From Planctomycetota bacterium (GTDB lineage: Bacteria > Planctomycetota > UBA8108 > SXIK01), in the NCBI GenBank assembly GCA_965223845.1, contig CBDCXR010000004.1, forward strand, positions 4,160,001-4,224,000: a stretch of 64,000 nt of DNA. Reading direction: 5' to 3'. The notes beneath the pieces were generated by a model. It was not told the origin of the DNA. It saw only the letters and a program-made list of their open reading frames with translations, and did not search any database. Within the stretch, counting starts at the first letter, position 1. Every line of letters starts with the position of its first letter. A program made the position numbers and the translations under genes. Positions 39,705 to 49,528 of this stretch are shown here, one piece after another.

Positions 39705-39786
39705 TCGTTTCCGTTCCCGAGGAAGCGTATCGATGCTCACTCGCTTCGCGCGAGGCGAAGCGACGAAGATTCGGGAACGGGAACGA
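39705..39786. repeat. Nested inverted repeat (REP/MITE-like hairpin)
   Basis: TCGTTTCCGTTCCCGA (39705-20) / TCGGGAACGGGAACGA (39771-86), one mismatch, enclosing TCGCTTCGC (39741-49) / GCGAAGCGA (39755-63). Confidence 0.7.
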
Positions 39787-39994
39787 GTTCCTGCCCGAGC
39801 CGAAGCCTCTCCCATGCGCCTAAACGCGGGCGAATGGGCTTCGGTAACCAACCGTCCGGATTCCGGGTCGGACGATCTTCCGTACGAAGAGTTACGCTGA
39901 GGGTGCTCGCCGCCGCTGACGAGCAAATCTAAGGAGGTGATCCACGCCCTCCGAGGGGAATCGGAGCTCGGAAGCCGACGAAAGGTTCGCAGGT

Positions 39995-40459
39995 ATGGAG
40001 ATACGCAAGGCGACGCGGAAGGACACCGCTGCTATCTGCCGCGTGCACCGAGCGTCGATCACCAGGATCTGCAGCAGTCACTACGCTCCCGAACACATTG
40101 AGGTCTGGGCTGGGGCAAGACAGCCGCAAGACTACGAAAACGCTGTTGAGAACGCAGCGTTCTACGTTGCCGAGGAAGCGGGGGAAGTTGTGGGTCTTTC
40201 GTTTTTGGACCGTGACAGTGGGGAAGTTCACGCCGTCTACGTGCACCCGGACTTCGTCCGGCGGGGTGTCGGCACAGCACTCCTCGCCGCGCTTGAAGAA
40301 GAAGCGCGGCTCTGCGATCTTTCGACGATCACGTTGAACGCGACCTTGAACTCCGTTTCTTTCTACAAAGTTCGAGGATTCTCGTCACTCGGCGAGACAA
40401 CAAACACCCTCCCAAGTGGCGTCGACGTTCCTTGCCTTCGTATGGAGAAGCGCTTGTAG
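39995..40459 (+). CDS. GNAT family N-acetyltransferase
   Basis: MEIRKAT...VYVHPDFVRRGVGTALL acetyl-CoA motif, SVSFYKVRGF. Confidence 0.92.
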   Translation: MEIRKATRKDTAAICRVHRASITRICSSHYAPEHIEVWAGARQPQDYENAVENAAFYVAEEAGEVVGLSFLDRDSGEVHAVYVHPDFVRRGVGTALLAALEEEARLCDLSTITLNATLNSVSFYKVRGFSSLGETTNTLPSGVDVPCLRMEKRL

Positions 40460-40539
40460 GAGCTCCAAGTAGCTTCCTCTGCGCCTCGGACTTTGCGCAA
40501 CTCTTCGTACAGAAGATCGTGGAGCGCCAATTCCCGGCG

Positions 40540-41010
40540 TCAATCGACGAGCACCGCCTCGGTCGCCTCGAGGATGGCGCTCCATCCGTTCCGAGTGGGA
40601 TCGAGGAATTCCTTCCAGCGCTCATTGAGGTGGTGAACGATCGTCGCGACGCAGCCGTCACCGTCGGGCTCGATCGTCAGCGTGACTTTGTCGGGATCGG
40701 CCTCTTGCGCGGGATCCGGCTCGTCGCGGTTGTGAGCGATCCACGTGAATACGATCCTTCGCGGTCGGTCGAGCTCGAGGTATGTCCCTCGATGGCACAT
40801 TTCGGATCCGTCCCGAAAGTCCGAATAGAGAAAGGTCCCGCCGACCTTCGCATCGATCGTGACCTCTCCGATCTCACCGGAGAGCCCCATCTTCTTCAGC
40901 GCTGCCGACTGCCAGACCCGGAGCTTGTCCGGGTCGAGCCACGCGTCGTAGACGCGTTCGGCCGGCACGCGGAAACGATACGTAACCCGCACTTCGATCT
41001 TCTCACCCAC
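40540..41010 (-). CDS. SRPBCC/AHSA1 domain protein
   Basis: PAERVYDAWLDP, DAKVGG, GTYLELDRPRRIVFTW, GWSAIL. Confidence 0.88.
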   Translation of the reverse strand: MGEKIEVRVTYRFRVPAERVYDAWLDPDKLRVWQSAALKKMGLSGEIGEVTIDAKVGGTFLYSDFRDGSEMCHRGTYLELDRPRRIVFTWIAHNRDEPDPAQEADPDKVTLTIEPDGDGCVATIVHHLNERWKEFLDPTRNGWSAILEATEAVLVD

Positions 41011-41036
41011 GGTCGATCCTCCCGTGCAAACGGACC

Positions 41037-41390
41037 TCACCTCGATTCGTCGTCCTGCTGAAGGAACTCGTCGAGGGCTTCGAGTCCCGACCGCCAGTAG
41101 GCCTCCTGCTTCGCAATCCAATCCTGCACTCGCCGCAGCGATCCCGGCTTGAACCGAATCACGTGTTCTCGGCCGCTCCTCCGTCGCGCGACGAGCCCCC
41201 CGCGCTCGAGCAACTTGATGTGCTTCGAGATCGCGTTCAGCGAAACATCAAACGGCGCGGCGAGCTCGGTGACCCGCGCCTCTCCACGAGCGAGACGGCG
41301 CAGGATCGCGCGTCGCTTGGGGTCGGCGAGTGCCACGAGAGCGTGATCGAGTCTGTCGGCCGGCGTGGGCCTCCGGGCGGGCGATGCCAT
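41037..41390 (-). CDS. ArsR family regulator (ArsR-SRPBCC operon)
   Basis: ALADPKRRAILRRL..GEARVTELAAPFDVSLNAISKHIKLLE. Confidence 0.92.
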   Translation of the reverse strand: MASPARRPTPADRLDHALVALADPKRRAILRRLARGEARVTELAAPFDVSLNAISKHIKLLERGGLVARRRSGREHVIRFKPGSLRRVQDWIAKQEAYWRSGLEALDEFLQQDDESR

Positions 41391-41391
41391 T

Positions 41392-41411
41392 ATTCAACCT
41401 TTCGGTTGAAT
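41392..41411. promoter_or_regulatory. Perfect palindromic operator directly upstream of the ArsR start codon
   Basis: ATTCAACC-TTTC-GGTTGAAT, 1 nt from the ATG; consistent with autoregulation of a leaderless transcript. Confidence 0.75.
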
Positions 41412-41529
41412 TTTATCCAAAACGGCGCGGCCGTCAAGAATGAATGAGCTCGCGGGCGAGGTGATCTCGCCGCGCCCAAACGCCAGCTGACGCGCCCGGG
41501 TCCGTCGCGCGGCCGAACGCGACTCGAGC

Positions 41530-42804
41530 CTACTCGCCCGGCTGCGGCGGCGACGAGCCCCCGATCGCGTAGAGGTGTTTCCAGGTCCGGAGGTACAGCG
41601 TTCCACGCGAGACCGCCGGTGACGCGTAGATCGGATCCGCCATGTCGATCTTCGCCGTGACCTCGAGCTCGGGCGACGCGCGAACGACGGTCACGAGCCC
41701 GTCCTCGCTCGCGCAGTAAATGTGCCCGGACGCGTAGAGAAGAGACGCGCTGTAGTCACCGTCGAGTCGGATCTTGTTCTTGTACTCGCCCGACTCGGCG
41801 TCGAGCACGCTGAGGATCCCGGTATCGGAAACGCAGTAGAAGTGCCCCTCCAAATAGAGAGGCGAAGGAACGTACGACACGTAGTTCCGGCGGCGCCATT
41901 TGATGTGCGTTTCGGTGACGTCGCCCTTTCCGCGTGGATCAATCGCGAGAAACTCGCGGTCCGGGTATCCTCCGGTGACGAACACGTGCCGACTCCCGTC
42001 GTAGACAACGGACGCGACGCACTGCTCGGTCGGGCCCCAGCAAAACCAGTTTCGCTCACCGGTGCGCGGGTCGTACGAACAGACGGTCTTGCTGCCGGCG
42101 AGGATCATCTGCGGCGTGCCATCGATCTCGAAGAACGTCGGCGGACAATAGCTCCGCACCTTGTTCTCGCGCTCGATGCGCCATCGCTCGTCGCCATTCT
42201 TCCGCGAAAGAGCGACGATGAATGCCTTCTCGTGATCCTGGTCGCAGTTGACGATGACGAGATCCTCGAAGAGAACGGGCGTCCCGCAGAAGCCGTGCAT
42301 CGAGTGAAACTCGCCAGGGACCTTCCGCCACTGGAGATCGCCGCGGAAATCGTACGCAGCGATGACGACGTTCGGCCGGTCGAAAAACGTCACGTAGACG
42401 AGCTCGCCGTCGGTCGCCGGAGTCGACGACGCGTGGCTGTTCTTGCGGTGCTTCTTTTCGAGACTCGAGCGGACGACCTCGCGGCGCCAAACTTCGGCGC
42501 CGGTCTTCGCGTCGAGGCGAAAGAGCATGCGCGACTCGTCGACGTTCGACGTGAGAAAGAGGGCGTCGTTCCACACAATTGGCGAGGAATGTCCGAAGCC
42601 CGGATCCGTCCAGCGCCACGTCACGTTCTCCGACGTCGACCAACGCGACGCGATCCCGGCTTCCCGACTGACTCCGACCCCCGACGTGCCACGCCACTGA
42701 GGCCAGTTCTCGGCGATCGGTTCGGCGGCTCGGATCGGATCCGAGGTCCCGAGTGAACTCAAGAAAAACGCGACGATGAAAGCGCAGCGACTGATGGAGC
42801 GCAC
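41530..42804 (-). CDS. PQQ-binding-like / BamB-like beta-propeller protein
   Basis: Signal peptide, ENWPQWRG, GHSSPIV, HASSTPATDG, YVPSP, ASPAVS.G.LYLR. Confidence 0.88.
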   Translation of the reverse strand: MRSISRCAFIVAFFLSSLGTSDPIRAAEPIAENWPQWRGTSGVGVSREAGIASRWSTSENVTWRWTDPGFGHSSPIVWNDALFLTSNVDESRMLFRLDAKTGAEVWRREVVRSSLEKKHRKNSHASSTPATDGELVYVTFFDRPNVVIAAYDFRGDLQWRKVPGEFHSMHGFCGTPVLFEDLVIVNCDQDHEKAFIVALSRKNGDERWRIERENKVRSYCPPTFFEIDGTPQMILAGSKTVCSYDPRTGERNWFCWGPTEQCVASVVYDGSRHVFVTGGYPDREFLAIDPRGKGDVTETHIKWRRRNYVSYVPSPLYLEGHFYCVSDTGILSVLDAESGEYKNKIRLDGDYSASLLYASGHIYCASEDGLVTVVRASPELEVTAKIDMADPIYASPAVSRGTLYLRTWKHLYAIGGSSPPQPGE

Positions 42805-42896
42805 GGTGTTCTCCGTCGAGAGGAAGTGAATGCCCGAGCGAAGCGCGCATTGTCGCCCACGGAGCCGCGCGCCGTCCAATCCGCTCCGCCCGCGGC

Positions 42897-44003
42897 TCAC
42901 GCGCCGAGATCGAGAAGGGCCTGATTGCTCGCCGTTTCCCGGAGGATCTCGGTGACGAGCTGCATCGCTCGCGGCGGCGTTTCCTCGCCGATCACTCGGC
43001 GAAGGTACCCAGCGACGGCTCGCGAGCGTTCGTCGAGAAGCAGCTCCTCTCGGCGCGTCCCCGACTCGCGAAGGTCGATTGCCGGCCAAATGCGACGGTC
43101 GGACAGCTCGCGCGAGAGGACGATCTCGAGATTCCCCGTCCCCTTGAACTCGCTGAAGATCACGTCGTCCATCCGGCTTCCGGTCTCGACGAGTCCGGTC
43201 GCGAGAATCGTCAGCGAACCGCCGCCCTCCGTCTCGCGCGCAGCGCCGAAGATCGATTTCGGCTCGCTGAGCGCTTTGATGTCGAGTCCCCCACTCAGTG
43301 ATCGACCACTCGAGCGAGTCTCCTGATTGAACGCGCGACCGAGACGCGTGATCGAGTCGAGGAGGATGAGCACGTCGCGGCCAACCTCGACGAGCCGCTT
43401 CGCGCGTTCGATCACGAACCGCGCCGCCCGCGTGTGATCCTCGGCGCGGCGGTCGTTGCTGCTCGCGATCACCTCGCCGGGAACGTTTCGCCGCATGTCG
43501 GTGACTTCCTCGGGTCGTTCGTCGACGAGAAGAAGCAGGATCTCGAGCTCGGGATGGTTCTCGGCCGCGCCGTGCGCGAACTCCTGGAGGAGGACGGTCT
43601 TGCCGCATCTCGGAGGCGCGACGATGAGACCGCGCTGCCCGAAACCGACCGGCGTGAGGAGATCGATGACACGCATCGAGAGCGGACCGCCCGGAGTCTC
43701 GAAGCGCATCGGTCGATGCGGATCGATCGCGGTGAGCTCGCGAAAGTCCTCGCACGCGGCTCGTTCCGCAGGAGGAAGGCCGTCCACGCGAACGATCGCC
43801 GTCGCCGTCACCGCGCCGGAACGGCTCGAGGTCTCGAGGGTCTCACCGCCGCGCAGCCCGAGATCGCGACACGCGTTCGGGTCGACGCGAATGTCCCGAT
43901 CCTCGGGTCGGCTCCGGAGATCGCTCGCGCGAAGGAATCCGCCGCCCTTTCCGACTCGCTCGAACACACCCCGCCGGAGGCCGTCTTCCCCCGCACTCAC
44001 CAC
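42897..44003 (-). CDS. rho: Transcription termination factor Rho, short form
   Basis: GFLR RNA-binding motif, GQRGLIVAPPRCGKT, LLVDERPEEVTD, LLDSITRL, SLSGG, EFKGTGN, SGTRREELL. Confidence 0.93.
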   Translation of the reverse strand: MVSAGEDGLRRGVFERVGKGGGFLRASDLRSRPEDRDIRVDPNACRDLGLRGGETLETSSRSGAVTATAIVRVDGLPPAERAACEDFRELTAIDPHRPMRFETPGGPLSMRVIDLLTPVGFGQRGLIVAPPRCGKTVLLQEFAHGAAENHPELEILLLLVDERPEEVTDMRRNVPGEVIASSNDRRAEDHTRAARFVIERAKRLVEVGRDVLILLDSITRLGRAFNQETRSSGRSLSGGLDIKALSEPKSIFGAARETEGGGSLTILATGLVETGSRMDDVIFSEFKGTGNLEIVLSRELSDRRIWPAIDLRESGTRREELLLDERSRAVAGYLRRVIGEETPPRAMQLVTEILRETASNQALLDLGA

Positions 44004-44022
44004 CGCGACGCTCCCGCGGCGG

Positions 44023-44835
44023 TCACTCCGGCTCCCGGAACGAGAAATTCCGGCTCTTCGCGAAGAACGCGCGCGGGTTGTCGTAAACCATTTCGCGGAT
44101 GAACGCCTCGGTCGCCCCGCGTCGCCGGAGAGCCATGATGAAATCCGGCACCGCCGACGGCTTGGACGGACCCCAGTCGCCGGCCGAATTCACGAGGAGA
44201 CGATCCGTACCGTACTGCTCGACGATGTCACACGCGCGATCGGGAGTGCATTTCGTTACGGGATAGAGCGTCATCCCCGCCCAGTATCCCGCGTCGAGTG
44301 CTGCGCGCACGGTATGCTCTTCGACATGGTCGATCAGAACGCGCGTTCGATCGAGGGAGCTAAAATCGGCGAGCATGTCGATGATCATACGCGTCCCGAG
44401 GTACTTGTCCTCGAGGTGCGGTGTGTGGATCAAAATCGGTTGGTCGTACTTCAGCGCGAGCTCGACGTGCTCCATGAATACGACGGATTCGTTGCGCGTG
44501 TTCTTGTTGAGACCGATTTCGCCGATTCCGAGGACACCCGGCTGGTCGAGAAACTCGGGGATCATCTTCATGACCTCGCGAGACAGCTCGACGTTCTCGG
44601 CCTCCTTCGCGTTGATGCACATCCACGAGTAGTGCTGGATGCCGTACTGCGCCGCGCGCTTCGGCTCGACCTCGGTGAGCTGGCGAAAGTAATCGCGGAA
44701 GCCGTCGGCGCTGCCGCGGTCGAAGCCGGCCCAAAACGCGGGCTCGCTCACCGCGACGCAGCCCATGCGGGCGAGCGTCTCGTAGTCGTCGGTGATGCGA
44801 GACACCATGTGGATGTGGGGATCGATGTAGTACAT
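44023..44835 (-). CDS. TatD-family (EboB-like) metal-dependent hydrolase
   Basis: DPHIH, EPAFW, GEIGL, IHTPH, DH, NSAGDW. Confidence 0.88.
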   Translation of the reverse strand: MYYIDPHIHMVSRITDDYETLARMGCVAVSEPAFWAGFDRGSADGFRDYFRQLTEVEPKRAAQYGIQHYSWMCINAKEAENVELSREVMKMIPEFLDQPGVLGIGEIGLNKNTRNESVVFMEHVELALKYDQPILIHTPHLEDKYLGTRMIIDMLADFSSLDRTRVLIDHVEEHTVRAALDAGYWAGMTLYPVTKCTPDRACDIVEQYGTDRLLVNSAGDWGPSKPSAVPDFIMALRRRGATEAFIREMVYDNPRAFFAKSRNFSFREPE

Positions 44836-44912
44836 TGTCCTCTCGCCGCCGCGCGGGCGCGCGCGGGACGTTTGCGTCCGTGGCGCGCTGCGCGGGAGTC
44901 GTTCGAGATCGT

Positions 44913-45161
44913 TTAGTCGAGGATCTTGCGCCAGCTCTCGTCGTACGGCCGGGAAAAGAGAAGCTGGATCTTTTCGGCCCGATCCGGCCCCCCGGTCAGG
45001 AGAAGATCGAGAGCGGCCTTCAGGTTCGCCATGCGGGAATCGGATCCGATGTCCCCGTCGCCGCGTTCGACACGGTCGAGAGCCGCGCCCACCTCCAGGA
45101 TCTTCGCGCGTAGGGTGAGGAATTCCTCGTCGAGGATGCGGTCCGCGTCTCGCGGGTTCAT
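44913..45161 (-). CDS. Small hypothetical protein upstream of the TatD-like gene
   Basis: EFLTLRAKILEVGAALDRVER...RAEKIQLLFSRPYD; GC3-rich codon pattern. Confidence 0.7.
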   Translation of the reverse strand: MNPRDADRILDEEFLTLRAKILEVGAALDRVERGDGDIGSDSRMANLKAALDLLLTGGPDRAEKIQLLFSRPYDESWRKILD

Positions 45162-45385
45162 GTCACCATCTCTTCCTGGATTCTCGAGTTCGGTAGATCG
45201 ACCCACCGTCGCTGCGCGGCGGGAACCGCCGAGGCCAAACCGAGATTCTAACCGGCCTGGTGGGGCGGCTTCTACTCCGGCGGAAAGATCGCGGGGACCC
45301 GAATCCGCGCGGTCGCGGCCCCGGTAGAATATCGTTGGAATCCACGGGGAGGACCGATCCGTCGCTCACTCGGGGAAGATTGGGG

Positions 45386-46060
45386 ATGCCGACTGTGGAG
45401 CCCCCGGGCGAAGAATTCGATCCCGAGCTCAGACGACCGCTCGGAGAAATCGCTCGTCCCCTGCGTCGCTTGCGGTGGGGCGCAGTGATCTGTGCGATCG
45501 ACCTGTCGGTCGACCGCTTCGACCTCCTCCACGACGCGGTCGGCGTCATCCTGATTGCGAGCGCGGTATTCCCCCTCGCCGCTTTCGCTGACACCCCACG
45601 CTACAAGATCCCGATGCGAGCCGTCGCCGCGGTCTGCGTGTTGTCATTTCTCGAAAGCTTGTATCCGTCGGCAACGTCTGCTCGTCCCGGCGCGGGCACC
45701 TTCGCGCTGCTCGTCGCCGTCGCCGAGGTCGCTGCCGCTCTCGCTTTCCTACGTGCGATGCGCCTACTCGCGGGCTGGCACGGCGAAACCGAAGCGGCGC
45801 AAAGTTGGGAAAAAACGGGGCGGCTCGCGTTCTGGATCTACGCCGTGTTGCCGCTCGCAGCTCTCGCGCTCGCGCTCCTCACGCAGAGCTCGCCGCCGCC
45901 GGGCCTCATCGTTTTTGCACCGCTCCTCGTTCTCGTCGCGCTGGCCCCGGCCGTCCACTTCCTACTGTCGGTCTCCCGAATGATCGAGGCGGCGGATGAG
46001 AGGCCGCCGGAGGAACCACGTCCCGATAAACTCGATGATGCGAGTTCGTCGGCGCGCTGA
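45386..46060 (+). CDS. Multi-pass membrane protein (tandem paralog A)
   Basis: About 5-6 hydrophobic segments; paralogous to the next gene. Confidence 0.75.
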   Translation: MPTVEPPGEEFDPELRRPLGEIARPLRRLRWGAVICAIDLSVDRFDLLHDAVGVILIASAVFPLAAFADTPRYKIPMRAVAAVCVLSFLESLYPSATSARPGAGTFALLVAVAEVAAALAFLRAMRLLAGWHGETEAAQSWEKTGRLAFWIYAVLPLAALALALLTQSSPPPGLIVFAPLLVLVALAPAVHFLLSVSRMIEAADERPPEEPRPDKLDDASSSAR

Positions 46061-46161
46061 GGGGCTGTGCACTCGGAGCCGAGCGTCGAGCCGGCGAGCG
46101 CGCTGCGCGAGATAAACGCAGCACGCCCAGTTCGCTGTCCTAACAAGCGTCGGGAGACGGA

Positions 46162-46850
46162 ATGACGACTCCGAACCACGTCGAGGAAGCGTTCGATCCC
46201 GAACTCACGGGTCCGCTCGCGGACGCGATTCACCCCTCCTTCGCCTGGTTTGCGGCGCGTTTGTGTGCGCGATCGACATCCCCAACGAGCGTGTCGATAT
46301 CTGGCACGACACTGTCGGGATCGGATTCATCGCGAGCGGCGTAGTCCCGCTCATCCAGATGGCGTCGACTCCGCGCTACACGATCCTGCTGAAGCTCGTC
46401 GTCGCGGTTTGCATCTTCTCGTTTCTCGACGCGGTCCGAGTGACCCTCGGGGTGGAGTTTCCTCGACCGTTCCACGCGGTTCCGCTCTTCGTTCTCGTGG
46501 CGGAACTGGCTGCCGCACTCGCGTTCATCCGCTCGATGCGTCTGCTCACCGCTTGGCACGCGCAAACGATGGCCGAGAGAAGCTGGAGGACGACCGAGTG
46601 GCTCTACCTCCCGGTGTATGCGGTTCCCGGCGTGGTCGCAGTCGTATTCGCAGTGTCGACCTGGCCCGCAAGGGAACCGCTGGCGCTAGTTCATTATCTC
46701 GCCGCGATTCCGATCCTCATTCCGGTCGCTTTGGCTCCCGCGATTCACTTTTGGCTGTCGGTCGCGCGCACGATCGAGGCGGCTCGAGGGGCCCCGGCCG
46801 ACGACTCGGCCTCGGAGCCGCCCAGAGAGTCGGGACCGTCGGCTAACTAA
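46162..46850 (+). pseudogene. Tandem paralog B of the membrane protein, with a single-base frameshift at about 46233-46236
   Basis: Adding one C to the CCCC run gives FDPELTGPLADAIHPLLRLVCGAFVCAID, aligning without gaps to paralog A's FDPELRRPLGEIARPLRRLRWGAVICAID. Confidence 0.75.
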
Positions 46851-46927
46851 CCGCGACTCCGCCGTCACCCCCGGCGAATCGACGCCCTGCCGGCGCGGGC
46901 GGGATCTCCGAACCCGGCGTGACCGGG

Positions 46928-46960
46928 ATTATTTGTCTAGATTTTTTCTTAGACATAATG
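46928..46960 (+). promoter_or_regulatory. AT-rich promoter/operator of the CarH-like gene
   Basis: TGTCTA(46934-39)-N10-TAGACA(46950-55) inverted repeat overlapping a CATAAT -10-like box. Confidence 0.6.
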
Positions 46961-47024
46961 CCGCCGGACCGGTACGCTCCCGGAGTCGTCGCTGGAGCTC
47001 CCCCTCCCGAGGCCCCGCAGCGTC

Positions 47025-47957
47025 ATGGCAGAAGATCACGTTCAACCGGATACCCGACTCGTCTCCGTCGGCCGAGCGGCCGCACTCTCCGGAATCTCCC
47101 CCGACACTCTGCGCGTGTGGGAACGACGCTACGGGCGCCCGGTCCCCGTGCGACTCCCCTCGGGTCACCGCCGCTACACCGAAGATCAAGTCCGCTGGCT
47201 TCGTGTGGTCGCCGAGGCGATCGCCGCCGGTCACCGCGCGTCGAAAGTGGTCCCCGAAAGCGAAGAGAGTCTTCGCTCGATGCTGATCTCGGCCTCACGG
47301 GCCGCTCCCGCGCTCCGGGACGACATCGCGCAGATTCTCACCGCGACCGTAGCGGGCGACATCGACGGTGCGGCAGCGGTTCTTTCATCTTGGTGGGCCG
47401 ATCGTCCACCCGAGGACGTCGTGGTCGACGGAATCGCTCCGCTCCTTACGGCCGTGGGAAAGGCGTGGTGCGAAGGATCTCTCGGGATCCGTCACGAGCA
47501 CACCATCTCGTCGCTCGTCGAACGGTCGCTCGCATCTGCGATCGTGGCGATCGACGTCCCGCGCGACGCGCCTCGCGTTGTGGCCGCAACACTCAGTGGA
47601 GAGCGACACGGACTCGGCCTTCTCGTCGTCTCGTACCTGTACTCCCTCCACGGCGTGAACGTGAAGCATCTGGGCGTCGACGTGCCCGAGGATGAACTCA
47701 TCGCAGCAGCCCGCGAAATCGGTGCGACGGGCGTCGCGGTGAGCATCTCGCCCGCAAACGGCGGTTCCCGCATGGATCGCCGCGTCAACTCCCTCCGGCG
47801 CGGACTACCCGCGTCCACCGCGCTGATCGTCGGCGGTGCGGGCGCTCGCCGCGTTTGCCGGGGTCCGCAGGGAATTCACTATTTCGCCGAGCTGCGCCAC
47901 TTCGTGGAAGCGCTGCAGTCTGGCGGTGTACCACCGAAGACAGGAGAAGCCGCGTGA
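47025..47957 (+). CDS. MerR-family regulator with cobalamin-binding domain (CarH/LitR type)
   Basis: TLRVWERRYG.P.P.R...GHRRY HTH; W-x9-EH (WCEGSLGIRHEH) and ExHxxG (ERHGLG) B12 motifs. Confidence 0.88.
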   Translation: MAEDHVQPDTRLVSVGRAAALSGISPDTLRVWERRYGRPVPVRLPSGHRRYTEDQVRWLRVVAEAIAAGHRASKVVPESEESLRSMLISASRAAPALRDDIAQILTATVAGDIDGAAAVLSSWWADRPPEDVVVDGIAPLLTAVGKAWCEGSLGIRHEHTISSLVERSLASAIVAIDVPRDAPRVVAATLSGERHGLGLLVVSYLYSLHGVNVKHLGVDVPEDELIAAAREIGATGVAVSISPANGGSRMDRRVNSLRRGLPASTALIVGGAGARRVCRGPQGIHYFAELRHFVEALQSGGVPPKTGEAA

Positions 47958-49360
47958 TTCGCGCCGTCCGTTCGCAAGCCCGACTTGCCTCTTCCGCGCT
48001 CCGTTCCGCTCGTGCGATGGCCGCCGCCGTCGCCACCGTTCTCGTCAGCGCGGCCGTCGCGCCGGCGAACGAAGCCGTATCGCCACAACACGACTGGCCG
48101 CAGTGGCGCGGGCCGACGCGAGACGCCGTCGTCGAGCCCGCTCGACCATGGCCCGAGACGCTCGAGCTCGAGTCTCTCTGGAGCGTCGACGAGCTCGGAC
48201 CGAGCTACAGCGGTCCGGTCGTCCGCGGCGATCTCGTCTACACGACGGAAACGCAGGACGCGACGTACGAGACCGTTCGCGCCGTTTCTCGCCGCACGGG
48301 TGACGAACGTTGGCGCGTTACTTGGAAGGGCGCGTTAAAAGTCCCGTTCTTCGCCCGCTCGAACGGATCGTGGATTCGATCGACACCCACCGTCGACGAA
48401 AACACCGTGTACGTGGGAGGAATCCGCGACGTGCTCGTCGCACTCGACGCCGAGACCGGCGACGAGCGCTGGCGCGTAGATTTCGTCGAGGAGAACAAGT
48501 CGCCGCTCCCTGCGTTCGGATTCGTTTGCTCTCCGCTCGTCACCGATCGCTACGTCTACGTGCAGGCCGGCGGCGCGTTCGTGAAGCTCGACAAAAGAAC
48601 GGGCGAGAAGATCTGGACCACGCTCGCTGACGGCGGCGGCATGTATGGGAGCGCCTTTTCGTCGCCCGTCCTGGCGACAATCGCGGGCGAGCGTCAGGTT
48701 CTCGTCCAAACGAGAACGAAGCTCGCGGGCATCGACACCGGCAGCGGGCGCGAGCTCTGGAGCCGGGAGATTCCGGCTTTTCGGGGAATGAACATCCTAA
48801 CGCCGACCGTGGTCGGGGATCGGCTCTTCACGTCGACCTACGGCGGCGGTTCCGTGGCTCTCGAAGTTTCTCGCGATCCGCCGAGCGCGGCCGGGACGAA
48901 GCAAACGGGCGACTTTCGCGTATCCGAGGTGTGGAAGAATCCCGTTCAGGGCTACATGTCCTCTCCGGTCGTTATCGGCGGTCGCGTTTATCTACATCTC
49001 CGCAATCAACGAATGACGTGCTTCGATCTCGCGAGCGGGGATCGCAAGTGGACCAGCACCGAACGATTCGGCAAGTATATGAGTCTCGTCGCGGCCGGAG
49101 ATCGCATCCTCGCGCTCGATCAGGAAGGGAAGCTGTTCCTGATTCGCGCGCGGGACGATCGCCTCGAAATCCTGGATTCCGAATCGGTGAGTGATAGCTC
49201 GACCTGGGCGCATCTGGCCGTCGCCGGCGACTCTCTCTTCATCCGATCGGAAAATGAGCTTCTCGCGTTCCGCTGGACGCCCAGCTCCGCCGGTGAACGG
49301 TCGAGTCGATCGGCGACTCCAGCGGCGGATGATCCGGGCGGCGAAGAGGCGGCGGACTAG
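47954..49360 (+). CDS. PQQ-binding-like / BamB-like beta-propeller protein
   Basis: GTGA overlap with the regulator stop; DWPQWRGP, SYSGPVV, STPTVD, FSSP, YMSSP, TWAHLA. Confidence 0.86.
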   Translation: MIRAVRSQARLASSALRSARAMAAAVATVLVSAAVAPANEAVSPQHDWPQWRGPTRDAVVEPARPWPETLELESLWSVDELGPSYSGPVVRGDLVYTTETQDATYETVRAVSRRTGDERWRVTWKGALKVPFFARSNGSWIRSTPTVDENTVYVGGIRDVLVALDAETGDERWRVDFVEENKSPLPAFGFVCSPLVTDRYVYVQAGGAFVKLDKRTGEKIWTTLADGGGMYGSAFSSPVLATIAGERQVLVQTRTKLAGIDTGSGRELWSREIPAFRGMNILTPTVVGDRLFTSTYGGGSVALEVSRDPPSAAGTKQTGDFRVSEVWKNPVQGYMSSPVVIGGRVYLHLRNQRMTCFDLASGDRKWTSTERFGKYMSLVAAGDRILALDQEGKLFLIRARDDRLEILDSESVSDSSTWAHLAVAGDSLFIRSENELLAFRWTPSSAGERSSRSATPAADDPGGEEAAD

Positions 49361-49437
49361 ATTGCGCAGGCGGCGCGACTCGTCGGTTCTTCGTTCGCGC
49401 GGCCCTTCCCGAGATCGTGTGCCGGCGGGGGGAAGCA

Positions 49438-49490
49438 AGAGAAGATGAAGATGAAGATGAAGATGAAGTTTGCCGGGAACGGGAACGGAA
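49438..49490 (+). repeat. Hexanucleotide tandem repeat (GAAGAT)x4 followed by GGGAAC repeats
   Basis: gaagatgaagatgaagatgaagatgaag...gggaacgggaacggaa, intergenic. Confidence 0.85.
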
Positions 49491-49528
49491 TTGTCGGGAG
49501 CGAGCTCCACGGATTGAGCGACGCACGG

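Noticed and set aside
44023-44835. ebo gene cluster
   Set aside because: Only the EboB/TatD-like gene is present; no other ebo-like genes are adjacent.
49445-49528. MKMKMKMK N-terminus of the SRPBCC protein
   Set aside because: Translation of the intergenic (GAAGAT)n repeat; the family-like sequence begins at 49529.
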